Part shown: in pieces, positions 28,962 to 38,900 of the stretch
Numbering within the stretch: the stretch's first letter is position 1
Layout: every line of letters starts with the position of its first letter
DNA from: Alphaproteobacteria bacterium
GTDB taxonomy: Bacteria; Pseudomonadota; Alphaproteobacteria; UBA828
DNA: 64,000 nucleotides
Direction of reading: 5' to 3'
NCBI GenBank assembly: GCA_965220745.1
Contig: CBDCQT010000012.1
Coordinates: 800,001-864,000, forward strand
The notes under the pieces: model-generated
Told to the model about the DNA's origin: nothing
Database searches by the model: none
The model's input: only the letters and a program-made list of their open reading frames with translations
Translations under genes and position numbers: made by a program

Positions 28962-29651
28962 TCAAACTCCCAGGTATCGGTCCGTCAAGGCCGGTGTCAG
29001 GTCGGCGCTGGCGCCGGACCAGCAGGTCGCCCCTTTCTCCAGAATGACGCAGCGCTCGGCCACGGCCGTGAGCGCCGCGAGCGACTTGTCGACGACGAGG
29101 ATCGAGAGGCCGGCTTCCTTGAGCCGGGCGATCACCGACCAGATTTCCCGGCGGATGAGGGGGCCGAGCCCTTCCGTCGCCTCGTCCAGGATCAAGAGGC
29201 GGGGGTTGGTCATCAGCGCGCGGCTGATGGCGAGCATCTGCTGCTCGCCGCCTGAGAGCGTGTCGGCCTTCTGATTGCGGCGCTCCGCGAGCTGGGGGAA
29301 GAGCGCGATCACCCGCTCCTCGTTCCAGTGGCCGGGGCGGGCGGCAGCCGTGAGGTTCTCGCGCACCGTCAGGGTCGGGAAGCAGCGCCGGCCCTCCGGC
29401 ACCAGCCCGAGGCCGAGCCAAGCCGCCCTGTGCGAGGGCAGCCGCGCGAGATCGCGGCCGGCGAAGGCGATGCGGCCCTCGCGGTGCGGCATCATGCGGC
29501 AGATCGTCCTAATGGTCGTCGTCTTGCCCATGCCGTTGCGGCCCATGAGCGCCACGACCTCGCCTTCGCCGACGGCGAGGTCGACACCGAAGAGCGCCTG
29601 CGAGGTGCCGTAGAAGGCGGTGACGCCCGCGACCTCAAGCAGCGCCGTCAT
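28962..29651 (-). CDS. Branched-chain amino-acid-type ABC ATPase (LivF-like)
   Basis: GRNGMGKTT, LSGGEQQML, LDEATEGL. Confidence 0.92.
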   Translation of the reverse strand: MTALLEVAGVTAFYGTSQALFGVDLAVGEGEVVALMGRNGMGKTTTIRTICRMMPHREGRIAFAGRDLARLPSHRAAWLGLGLVPEGRRCFPTLTVRENLTAAARPGHWNEERVIALFPQLAERRNQKADTLSGGEQQMLAISRALMTNPRLLILDEATEGLGPLIRREIWSVIARLKEAGLSILVVDKSLAALTAVAERCVILEKGATCWSGASADLTPALTDRYLGV

Positions 29652-30399
29652 GCCCTTCGTCCCCAAGGTAGGCGCGCTGCACCTCCTCGTTGGCGCGTAT
29701 CTCCTCCGGCGTGCCGCTCGCGATGATGCGGCCGTAGACGATGACGGAGATACGGTCCGCAAGGGCGAAGACCGCATCCATGTCGTGCTCGACCAGCAGG
29801 ATCGGGGCCTCCGCCCGCAGGTCATCAAGAATTTCGATCAGCTTCGCCGTGTTTTCCGGCCCCATGCCCGCCATGGGCTCGTCGAGCAGGAACGCCTTGG
29901 GCTTGAGCGCGAGCGCGATGGCGATCTCCAGCGCCCGTCGCTCGCCGTGCGACATGTCGCCTGCGCGAACGTGGGCTCTGTCGTCCAGCAGCAGGCGCTC
30001 GAGGTGGGCCATCGCCTGCGCCATCAGTTCCTTGTCCTTGAGCGCCGGCTTGAGGAAGCGGAAGGTCTTCCGCTCCACCGATTGGACCGCCAGCATGACG
30101 TTCTGGAGCCCCGAGAACTCCGGCGCGACGGACGAGACCTGGAACGTGCGCGCCAGCCCGAGCTGGGCGCGCGCCACCATGTCCAGGCGGTCGATGTCGC
30201 GGCCGGCGAAGCGGATCGAGCCGCTGTCCTGCCGGATCTCGCCCGCGATCTGCTTGATGACGGTGGACTTGCCGGCACCGTTCGGCCCGATCAGCGCATG
30301 AATCTCGCCGGGCACGAGGTCGAACGTCACCGCGTCGCTCGCGACCACCGCACCGAAGCGCTTCGACAGCTTCTCGGTCTGGAGGATCGGCTCAGGCAT
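29635..30399 (-). CDS. Branched-chain amino-acid-type ABC ATPase (LivG-like)
   Basis: GPNGAGKST, ARTFQ, LLDEPMAG, VEHDM. Confidence 0.92.
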   Translation of the reverse strand: MPEPILQTEKLSKRFGAVVASDAVTFDLVPGEIHALIGPNGAGKSTVIKQIAGEIRQDSGSIRFAGRDIDRLDMVARAQLGLARTFQVSSVAPEFSGLQNVMLAVQSVERKTFRFLKPALKDKELMAQAMAHLERLLLDDRAHVRAGDMSHGERRALEIAIALALKPKAFLLDEPMAGMGPENTAKLIEILDDLRAEAPILLVEHDMDAVFALADRISVIVYGRIIASGTPEEIRANEEVQRAYLGDEGHDGAA

Positions 30400-31375
30400 G
30401 GCGGGGTTGGCCTGCCAGAATGCCGATCACGCCGCCGCGTGCGAACAGCACCAGCGCCACCAGCAGCGCGCCGAGCAGCAGGAGCCAATGCTCGCTGACG
30501 TCGCCCAGCGTGTTCTCCAGCACTATGTAGAGCGCGGCGCCGGCGGTGGGGCCGAACAGCCGTCTCGTACCGCCCAGGATCACGAACACCATGATCTCGC
30601 CCGAGGTGTGCCAGGACAGCATTGACGGGCTGACGAAGCGGTTGAGGTCGGAGTAAAGGGCGCCGGCAAGGCCCGCCATCATGCCCGAGATCACGAAGGC
30701 GGTGAGCTTCACGCGGAAGGGACTGATGCCGACGGTCGCGAGCCGCGTTGCATTTTGCCGCGCTCCATTGAGCGCGAGCCCGAAGCGCGACTGCGAGAGC
30801 AGGAAGGAGAAGCCGATCGCAAGGATGAGGAGGACGTAGCAGATGGCGAAGAAGTGGAGCGGGTTGAGCGTGTTGAGGCCGGGAAATTCGTTCCTGATGT
30901 ATATCGAGAGCCCGTCTTCGCCGCCGTAGGCCGGCCACGAAATGGCGAAGTAGTAGACCATCTGGGCGAAGGCCAGCGTGATCATGATGAAGAAGACGCC
31001 GGTGGTGCGCAGGGAGAGCGCGCCGATCACCAGCGCCGCGACGCCGCTGACGACGATGGCGACGGGCCAGATGATGAGCATCTGCGTCGTGCCTTCGACC
31101 AGCAGTGGCGCGGTGAAGAGCGGCTCGTAGTTGAGCGCATGGCTCGCGAGGATCCCGGCCATGTATCCCCCTAAGCCGAAGAACGCCGCGTGCCCGAGCG
31201 AGACCATGCCGCCGTATCCCAGGGCGATGTTGAGGCCGGTGCCGGCAAGCCCGAGGATCGCCACCTTGGTCGCAAGCGTGATGACGAAGGGCTCGTCGAA
31301 GGTGTTGCCGAGCAGCGGCGCGGCAAGCAGGCTCGCCGCGATCAGGAGACTGATGGCCGCCTCGCGGGTCATCAT
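30392..31375 (-). CDS. Branched-chain amino-acid-type ABC permease (LivM-like)
   Basis: GYGGMVSLGHAAF, FIMITLAFAQ, GGEDG. Confidence 0.9.
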   Translation of the reverse strand: MMTREAAISLLIAASLLAAPLLGNTFDEPFVITLATKVAILGLAGTGLNIALGYGGMVSLGHAAFFGLGGYMAGILASHALNYEPLFTAPLLVEGTTQMLIIWPVAIVVSGVAALVIGALSLRTTGVFFIMITLAFAQMVYYFAISWPAYGGEDGLSIYIRNEFPGLNTLNPLHFFAICYVLLILAIGFSFLLSQSRFGLALNGARQNATRLATVGISPFRVKLTAFVISGMMAGLAGALYSDLNRFVSPSMLSWHTSGEIMVFVILGGTRRLFGPTAGAALYIVLENTLGDVSEHWLLLLGALLVALVLFARGGVIGILAGQPRHA

Positions 31376-32298
31376 CAGTGCGCCCTGGTGCCGAACAGGC
31401 CGGTCGGGCGCAGAAACAGCACCAGCGCCATCAGGATGTAGATGAGCATGGAGGCCAATGCCGAGCCGACGTTGTTGGCGGTGGAGGAATCCATGAACGT
31501 GTCGAACGCGACCGGCAGCAGGAAGCGCCCGAGCGTGTCGGCGAGGCCCACCAGGATTGCGCTTACCAGCGCACCGACGATGGAGCCCAGCCCGCCGATG
31601 ATGATGACGACGAAGGCGAGAATCAGCACCGGCTCGCCCATGCCCACCTGCACCGACTGGATGGTGCCCACCAGCGCGCCTGCGAGGCCGGCCAGCGCCG
31701 CGCCGATGGCGAACACGGTGGTGTAGAGCTTGCGGATATCGACGCCGAGGGCGGCGATCATCTCGCGGTCGGATTCGCCGGCGCGGATGCGGATTCCGAG
31801 GCGCGTGCGCGCGATCAGGAGGAAGAGGCCGCCCGCGATCACGAGCCCGATCAGGATGATCGCGAAGCGGAAGAGGGGGTAGTCGATGCCGCCGGGGAGC
31901 GCCACCGGCCCCGACAGGAAATCGGGCACCGTAAGGTAGAGCGGAAAGGAGCCGAACACCCAGCGGGTGCCTTCCGAGAAGACCAGGATCAGCGCGAAGG
32001 TCGCGAGCACCTGATCGAGATGGTCGCGGCGGTAGAGCCGGCGGATGACGGCGACTTCGACGAGGGCGCCTGCTGCCGCCGCCGCCGCGAGGCTCGCCGC
32101 GAGCCCCACCCAGTAGGAGCCGGTCGCGGCGGCCACTGCCGCGCAGGCGAAAGCGCCGATCATGTAGAACGAGCCGTGGGCGAGGTTGATGAGGCCCATG
32201 ACGCCGAAGATCAGCGTCAGCCCTGCAGCCATCAGAAACAGCATGAAGCCGAACTGAAGGCCGTTCAGCAGCTGCTCGACGATGAGCGAGACCGTCAA
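31375..32298 (-). CDS. Branched-chain amino-acid-type ABC permease (LivH-like)
   Basis: QLLNGL, GLTLIFGVMGLINLAHG, RPTGLFG; TTG start. Confidence 0.9.
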   Translation of the reverse strand: MTVSLIVEQLLNGLQFGFMLFLMAAGLTLIFGVMGLINLAHGSFYMIGAFACAAVAAATGSYWVGLAASLAAAAAAGALVEVAVIRRLYRRDHLDQVLATFALILVFSEGTRWVFGSFPLYLTVPDFLSGPVALPGGIDYPLFRFAIILIGLVIAGGLFLLIARTRLGIRIRAGESDREMIAALGVDIRKLYTTVFAIGAALAGLAGALVGTIQSVQVGMGEPVLILAFVVIIIGGLGSIVGALVSAILVGLADTLGRFLLPVAFDTFMDSSTANNVGSALASMLIYILMALVLFLRPTGLFGTRAH

Positions 32299-32492
32299 GT
32301 TGGTGCCTCGGTCACGCGGATGGCCCGGCGACTGCTGACTCGCATCGAATGTCGGGAGCGGCCTTCCATACCCTTGCTTTCGACTTCGGACGCTTGCGGT
32401 CCACTTAGCATCTTGAGCGCCGAACTAGGTAGGGCTTGCGTCGAACGCGCTCCTTGCAGACAATCTAGTCAGACTGGTCAGGAGCATGTGAT

Positions 32493-32741
32493 ATGGCGAC
32501 ATGGCAGGTGCAGGAGGCCAAGGCGCGCTTCAGCGAATTGATGCGCGGTGCCGACGAGGCCGGGCCGCAGACGATCACCGTGCGAGGGCGGCGTGCAGCG
32601 GTGCTCCTGTCCGCGAACGATTACGACCGTCTCCGCAGCCGAAAGCCCTCGTTGACCGCGTTCATGCGCGCTTCTCCGCTGGCGGGTATCGAGCTCACCG
32701 TCGACCGCGACCAAACGCCGCCGCGCGATGTCGATCTGTGA
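32493..32741 (+). CDS. Type II antitoxin, Phd/YefM family
   Basis: WQVQEAKARFSEL, GPQTITVRGR..AVLLS. Confidence 0.92.
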   Translation: MATWQVQEAKARFSELMRGADEAGPQTITVRGRRAAVLLSANDYDRLRSRKPSLTAFMRASPLAGIELTVDRDQTPPRDVDL

Positions 32742-33151
32742 GCTTCCTCGTCGACACCTGCGCGCTCTCCGAACTGGTCAGGCCGAAACCGTCGAGTGAC
32801 GTCTGCGACTGGTTCGACGCCGCACCGCCGGAAGCGCTGTTCGTGAGTGTCCTGACGCTCGGCGAAATTCGGAAGGGCGTGGAGAAGCTCGAAGGCGGTC
32901 GTCGACGCGCACAGATCGCCACTTGGCTCGAGACGGCGTTGCCTGCGTGGTTCGAAGACCGGGTCCTGCCGGTGGATGCCGGCGTCGCGGACGAATGGGG
33001 TCGTCTGGCGGCCCGCTTGCCCAAGCCGATTCCCGCCATCGACAGCCTCATCGCCGCGACCGCTATCCGGCACCGCCTCGCAATCGTCACGCGCAACGAA
33101 TCCGACTTCGCGACCACGGGAGTGGATATCTTGAACCCGTGGAAGAATTGA
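32738..33151 (+). CDS. vapC: Type II toxin, VapC/PIN domain
   Basis: FLVDTCALSE, LGEIRKG, DSLIAATA, VTRN..DF; GTGA overlap with the antitoxin. Confidence 0.92.
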   Translation: MSFLVDTCALSELVRPKPSSDVCDWFDAAPPEALFVSVLTLGEIRKGVEKLEGGRRRAQIATWLETALPAWFEDRVLPVDAGVADEWGRLAARLPKPIPAIDSLIAATAIRHRLAIVTRNESDFATTGVDILNPWKN

Positions 33152-33200
33152 GTGGTCAGAGAGCCCGGCCGTCTGCCACGGCATGAATCGCCAAGAACAT

Positions 33201-33231
33201 CGGAACGGGCCGCGTTGAGCGGCCCGTTCCG
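33201..33231. terminator. GC-rich hairpin (terminator or mRNA-stabilising stem after the SBP gene)
   Basis: CGGAACGGGCCGC-gttga-GCGGCCCGTTCCG perfect 13-bp stem; no strong U tract. Confidence 0.65.
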
Positions 33232-33245
33232 CCTGCTCGTGCAGG

Positions 33246-34385
33246 CTACATCTGGCAGGCGTCGATATAGGCGTTAGCGTGGTCGGTCATGGCCACGCCC
33301 ACGATCTTGTTGGTGTAGACATCGCCTTCCTTGATCACTTCGCGGACGTAGATGTCCTGGATCGGGTGGTGGTTGGGGGCGAAGGCGAAGTCGCCGCGGG
33401 TGGACTTGAAGTCCGCCGCCCTGAGCGCATCGCGGAACGCGTCGGCATCCGAGACGCTCGCCTTGCCCATGGCCGAGATCAGCAGGTTCGCCGTATCGAA
33501 GCCCTGGCTCGCATAGAGCGAGGGCAGCCGGCCGTATTCGGCTTGGAAGCTCTCGACGAAGGCCTTGTTGGTCGGATTGTCGATGTCCTTGTTCCACTGC
33601 GAGGTGTTCTTCACACCCATCGCCGCCTCGCCGACGGCCTGCAGGATGCCCTGGTCGAAGGAGAAGGCGGGGCCGACGAGCGGGATGTCGATGCCGGCCT
33701 GGGCATACTGCTTGAGGAAGGCGATGCCCATGCCGCCTGGCAGGAAGAAGTACACGCTGTCGGCACCCGAGGCCCGGATCTGCGCAATCTCCGGCGCGTA
33801 TTCGTTCGCGCCCAGCTTGGTGTAGACCTCGTCGGCGACGGCGCCTTTATAGAAGCGCTTGTAGCCGGTCAGCATGTCGCGGCCAGCGGGATAGTTGGGC
33901 GCGAGGAGGAAGCTGTTGCTGTAGCCGGCGTCGTTCGCGTAGCCGCCGGCGGCCTCGGCCAGATTGTCGTTCTGCCAGGCGACGTTGAAGTAGTTCTCGT
34001 GGCAGCGTTCGCCGGCAAGCAGCGAGGGCCCCGCGTTGGGCGAGAGGTAGAACTTGCCCTGCTGCACCACTGCCGGCACGACGGCGATGGCGAGGTTCGA
34101 CCAGATGATGCCGGTCAGCACGTCGACCTTGTCGCTTTGAACCATCTTGTCGGCGAGCTGGACGGCGATATCCGGCTTGCGCTGGTCGTCCTCCACGATC
34201 ACCTCGATGTCGGCACCGGCTTGCTTGACGGCGAGCATGAAGGCGTCGCGCACGTCGATGCCGAGGCTGGCACCGCCGCCGGAGAGTGTCGTGATCATGC
34301 CGACCTTGAGGGTCTCGGCATGGGCAGCCGTTGCCAGCGCCATCGCTGCAACCGCCACTGTCAGCAGGCTGAGTGATTTTCTCAT
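33246..34385 (-). CDS. ABC substrate-binding protein (Liv/Leu-Ile-Val family)
   Basis: Signal peptide, VEDDQRKP, GIIWSN, SPNAGPS, PNYPAG, STRG. Confidence 0.92.
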   Translation of the reverse strand: MRKSLSLLTVAVAAMALATAAHAETLKVGMITTLSGGGASLGIDVRDAFMLAVKQAGADIEVIVEDDQRKPDIAVQLADKMVQSDKVDVLTGIIWSNLAIAVVPAVVQQGKFYLSPNAGPSLLAGERCHENYFNVAWQNDNLAEAAGGYANDAGYSNSFLLAPNYPAGRDMLTGYKRFYKGAVADEVYTKLGANEYAPEIAQIRASGADSVYFFLPGGMGIAFLKQYAQAGIDIPLVGPAFSFDQGILQAVGEAAMGVKNTSQWNKDIDNPTNKAFVESFQAEYGRLPSLYASQGFDTANLLISAMGKASVSDADAFRDALRAADFKSTRGDFAFAPNHHPIQDIYVREVIKEGDVYTNKIVGVAMTDHANAYIDACQM

Positions 34386-34436
34386 GGGTCTTGGCCTCCC
34401 GTGGTGTGTCTTCGTCCAATCAGTCTAGGGGAGCAG

Positions 34437-35885
34437 TCACGCGCCCGCGTTGACCGGGGGCAAGCGATCCGCCCAGGGTTGTGCCCGTTCAAGCTGGCCG
34501 GCGAGGCGGAACAGCAGCGCCTCGTCGAGGTCGCGCCCGACCAGCTGGGAGCCCACCGGCACGCCGTCGGCGGTCCAGTGCAGCGGCAGCGAAATGCCCG
34601 GAAGCCCGGTCGCGTTGAAAGGCTGGGTGAAGGCGCAATCCGGTCCCATGATGTTCGCGTTGTAGTCGTCACAATCGCGCGACATGTCGTAGTAGCCGAT
34701 CTTGCGCGCCACCATCGGCACCACCGGGCATAGCCATGCGTCGTAGGCGGCCATTCGGCCCACGATGTCGCGGCACATGGCGCGGAGTTGTGCCACGTCG
34801 TTGTGATGGTCGACGCCGGAGATGCCGCGGCCCCGCTGGATCGTCGTCCAATAGAGGTTCTCGGTTTCGTCCTGCCTGAGCGTGTGGCCGACGAGCTCGG
34901 CGGAGCCATCGAACCAGGCCGCCGTGACCACGGCGCCGATCCGCATGTAGCAGTCGTAGAGCGGCCAAAAGTCGTAGGGCACCGTCTCGGGCGTGACTCG
35001 GTGGCCCAGGCTCTCCAGCAGCCTCCCGGTGTTCTCGATCCCTTCGCGCACCTCGGCGTCCACCGGAGTGCAGCCGTCGGGCGAGGCCGTGACCATGGCG
35101 ATCGAGAGGGAGCCGGGGTCCTTGCCGATCTCGTCGAGGTAGGGGGTCTCCGGCATGACCGCGTAGTAGGGATCGCCGCGCATAGGGCCGCCCACGGTGT
35201 CGAAGAAAGCCGCCGTGTCGCGCACGCTGCGCGAGACGCAGAGGAAGGTCACGCCGCCGTACCAGAAGTCTGCACCCGGCGCCATCGTGATGCGCCCGCG
35301 CGCGGGCTTGAGCCCGACGAGGCCGGAGTGGCAGGCGGGCGTGCGGATCGAGCCGCCGCCGTCGCTCGCCTCGGCCAAGGGCAGCACGCGGGCCGCCACC
35401 GCCGCCGCCGAGCCGCCGGAGGAGCCGCCGGGCGTGCGCGTCGTGTCCCAGGGATTGACCGTCGGGCCATACATCTTGGGCTCGGTGGAGAGCGCCCAGC
35501 CGGCCTCGGGCGAGTTGGACTTGCCGAGCAGCACGAAGCCCGCCTGCTTGACGCGCCTGACCTGCTCGTTGTCGCTGGTCGAGACGACATCCTTGAAGTA
35601 GGGGCAGGCATTGGTGTTCTGCAGGCCGGTCCAGTCGGTCGCGATCTCCTTCACCAGCCAGGGGACGCCCTTGAAGGGGCCGTCGGGCAGCGCCGGGTCG
35701 GCCGCCATCTCGCGGCCTTCCTCGTAGGCCTTGTAGGTGAGGAAGTTGAGCGTGCCGTTGACCGCCTCGGCGCGGCGGATCGCCTCTTCGAGCACCTCGC
35801 CCGCCGAGACCTCTCCCGACTTGACCAGGGCGGCGAGCCCCACGCCATCGAGTGAGCCGTAAGCCTCGGAAATCCCGCCCGTCAT
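34437..35885 (-). CDS. Amidase-signature family amidase (6-aminohexanoate-cyclic-dimer hydrolase-like)
   Basis: GPFKGVP, GGSSGGSAAAVA, SDGGGSIR.PA, GLKP. Confidence 0.92.
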   Translation of the reverse strand: MTGGISEAYGSLDGVGLAALVKSGEVSAGEVLEEAIRRAEAVNGTLNFLTYKAYEEGREMAADPALPDGPFKGVPWLVKEIATDWTGLQNTNACPYFKDVVSTSDNEQVRRVKQAGFVLLGKSNSPEAGWALSTEPKMYGPTVNPWDTTRTPGGSSGGSAAAVAARVLPLAEASDGGGSIRTPACHSGLVGLKPARGRITMAPGADFWYGGVTFLCVSRSVRDTAAFFDTVGGPMRGDPYYAVMPETPYLDEIGKDPGSLSIAMVTASPDGCTPVDAEVREGIENTGRLLESLGHRVTPETVPYDFWPLYDCYMRIGAVVTAAWFDGSAELVGHTLRQDETENLYWTTIQRGRGISGVDHHNDVAQLRAMCRDIVGRMAAYDAWLCPVVPMVARKIGYYDMSRDCDDYNANIMGPDCAFTQPFNATGLPGISLPLHWTADGVPVGSQLVGRDLDEALLFRLAGQLERAQPWADRLPPVNAGA

Positions 35886-35992
35886 GCGTCCTCTCCCTGC
35901 ATCATGCGATCGTGCCCAAGTGCCTGCTTGTTATCGCACGCCGGGCGCAGGCGTGACACCCTCGGCCTGACTGGGGGGCTCTCGCCGTTCCT

Positions 35993-38900
35993 TCAGGCCG
36001 GTGCCGGTTGGCGTGCCGCGCCGGAGCGTTCGGCCCGCAGCTTGCGGGTCGCCTCCTCGTCGAGCCGCATCGGCTCGGGCTCGATCACGACGCCGTAGTC
36101 GTCCCGCGCGCGCTCGATGGTGGTGAAGCCGTCGAACACGTCCGAGAGCACCAGCGCCGGATCGCGCTCCAGCGGATCGCCGTAGCCGCCCGAGTTCGGC
36201 ACCGTGATCTCGATGCTGTCGCCGGCGGCGAGCCGGAAGCCGGTGAACTTGGAGGGCCACGCCTCCTCGTCCGCGCCGCCCCGGTTGCGGACCACGGAGG
36301 CGTTCAGGCCCGCCATGCCGCCGAAGACGCCCCAGGGCTCGTCGGATTCGTGCCGCTCCCCCTCGCAGGTGACGATGGTGTCCACCAGCATCCTGTTGAC
36401 CCGCACCATGCCGATGCCGCCCCGCCACTTGCCGGCAGCACAGGCCTCGTTGCGCAGCTCGTAGCGCTCGGTGCGGATCGGGAAGCGCCACTCCAGCTCC
36501 TCGATCGGGTTGTTGCGGGTGTTGGCGATGAGGCAATCCACGGCGTCCATGCCGTCTCGGTCCGGACGGCCGCCGTAGGAGCCTTCGTCCACCTCCAGGT
36601 AGACCCAGTACTCGCCCTGATCGGCGTCGAAGCCGGAGTAGGAGATGAAGTGCAGGTGTGCCGAGTTGCCCGCGGTCACCCGCTCAGGCACCACCGGGGC
36701 GAGCGCGCGCAGCACCAGATCGACCGCGCGCTGCACCTGGCAGAAGCGGGCGAAGCAGGAGCGCGGGAAGTTGGGGTTGAAGATCGAGCCCTTGGGCGCG
36801 ATGACGTTGATCGGCCGGGTCATGCCCTCGTTCTGCGGCACGTAGACCGGGTGGGTCACGGTATCGAGGAAGATCATCCGCGTGATGAAGGACATGGCGG
36901 AGCAGGTCGTGCCCTCGAAGGGCACGTTGTAGCCGGTCGGCACCTCGTCGCTGGAGCCGGTGAGGTCGTAGGTGATCTCGTCGCCTTCGATGATCACCTT
37001 GACCTTGACCGGCAGCTTGCGGCCCCGGTTGACCCCGTCGTCGTCGAGATAACCCAATGCGGTCTCGTACTCGCCGTCGGGAATCTTGGCGATCTCGCGG
37101 CGCAGCATCTGCTCCGAATAGGTCATCCAGTGCTGGCCCGCCGCATCGACGGCGGCCCGTCCGTAACGCTCAATCAGGTCGAGGTAGCGCCGTTTGGCAA
37201 GCTCGCAGGCCGCGATCATTGCCTGGATATCGCCCTCGTTGGGCGTCGGCGTGCGCATGTTCTCCAGGATGTGCTTCCAGAGCCCGTCCTGCCGCACGCC
37301 TTTCACCGCCAGCTTCACGGCGCGGTAGATGTTGCCCTCGGCGTAGATGTCGACCGCGTTGATGTTGAGCCCCGGATAAGCGCCGCCGATGTCGAGCAGG
37401 TGGGCGGACGCGCCTGCGAATCCCACCAGCTCGCCCCGGTCGTAGATCGGCATCACGATGGCGCAGTCCGGCGAGTGCGTGGCCCCGTAGTAGGGGTCGT
37501 TGTGGAAGATGATGTCGCCTTCGTGGATGTCGCCATCGAGCAGCTCGATGACGTTCTGGACGATGCGCGGCATCGCGCCCATGAACATCGGCGTCGATTC
37601 CGATTCCGCCAGCATGAGGCCGTCGCGGTCGAAGATGCCCGCGCCGAGGTCTTCCGATTCGCGGATGATCGAGGAATAGGACATGCGGTAGAGCACGCCA
37701 GCCATCTCCTGAGCGATGGCGGTGAACGCGCCGCCGATGACGCGCTGCATGATCGGCGTCGCCAGGTCGTGCCCGTGCTGTGCCACCGCGCCAGCGCAAT
37801 CGATCACGATGTTGCCCCGCGCATCGATCGCCGCCTCGCAGCGGGGCGGGATTACCACGGTCGTATCGTACTGCTCGACGATGGCAGGGCCCGCGATGCG
37901 GTCGCCGGCGCGGAGCGCGGCGCGGTCGTAGAACGGCGTCTCGTGGGTCTCGCCCTTGCCCTCGACCTCGAACACAACGGGCTGGCGCAGCAGCGGCGTC
38001 GGCGCGCCATCGCCGCTCTCGATCTCCGGCCAGTCGAGGTCGGGGATGCGGCCGATGGCGACGGCCCGGATATTGATGATCTCGACGGGGGCATCGAAGC
38101 GATGGCCGTACTCGGCATCGTGTGCGCGATGGAAGCGCTCGGCCAGCTCCTCGACCCAGGCGTCGTCGATCTCGCCCGCCGGTGCGTCGAAGCGCACCTC
38201 GTAGCCCTGGCCGGCGTAGCGGCAATCGGCGAGGCGGCGGATCAGGCGGTCGCCCTCGGGCACGCCGTCGGCCTCCAGCCGCGCCAGCGCCAGGCTAGTC
38301 AGCGCTTCGAAGCGCGCGGCGAGATGGGCGCGGTCGAGCGTCGCCAGCGGCTGGCGCTCGGTGGTGACGAACTCGTGCTGCATGTCGGTGGCCAGCAGCC
38401 CGGTGGCCGAAAGGATGCCCGGATGCGGCGGCACCAGCACGCGCGGAATCTCAAGCTCCACCGCGATATCGCAGGCGAAGAGCGGGCCCGCGCCGCCGGC
38501 AGCAACGAGGGTGAAGTCACGGGGATCGTAGCCGCGCCGCACGCTGTTGAGCTCGATGGCCTGCACCATGCTGAACTTCTGGATCTGGAGCGCGCCGAGC
38601 GCGGTCTCCTCCAGCGACATGTCGAGCGTGCCGGCGAGCCCCTGCAGCGCGTTCTGGGCGAGGTCCGCGTGCAGGGTCATGCTGCCGCCGACGAGGCCGC
38701 GGTCGGTGCGGAGCCGGCCGAGCGCGACCTGCGCGTCGGTGGAGGTGGGCTCGGCTCCGCCGCGTCCGTAGCAGGCGGGGCCTGGGTCCGCGCCGGCGGA
38801 TTGCGGGCCGACCCGGTAGATGCCGCCCTCGTCGACATAGGCGATGGAGCCGCCGCCGGCGCCGATGGTGTCGATATCGACCATCGGGATCATGGCCTGG

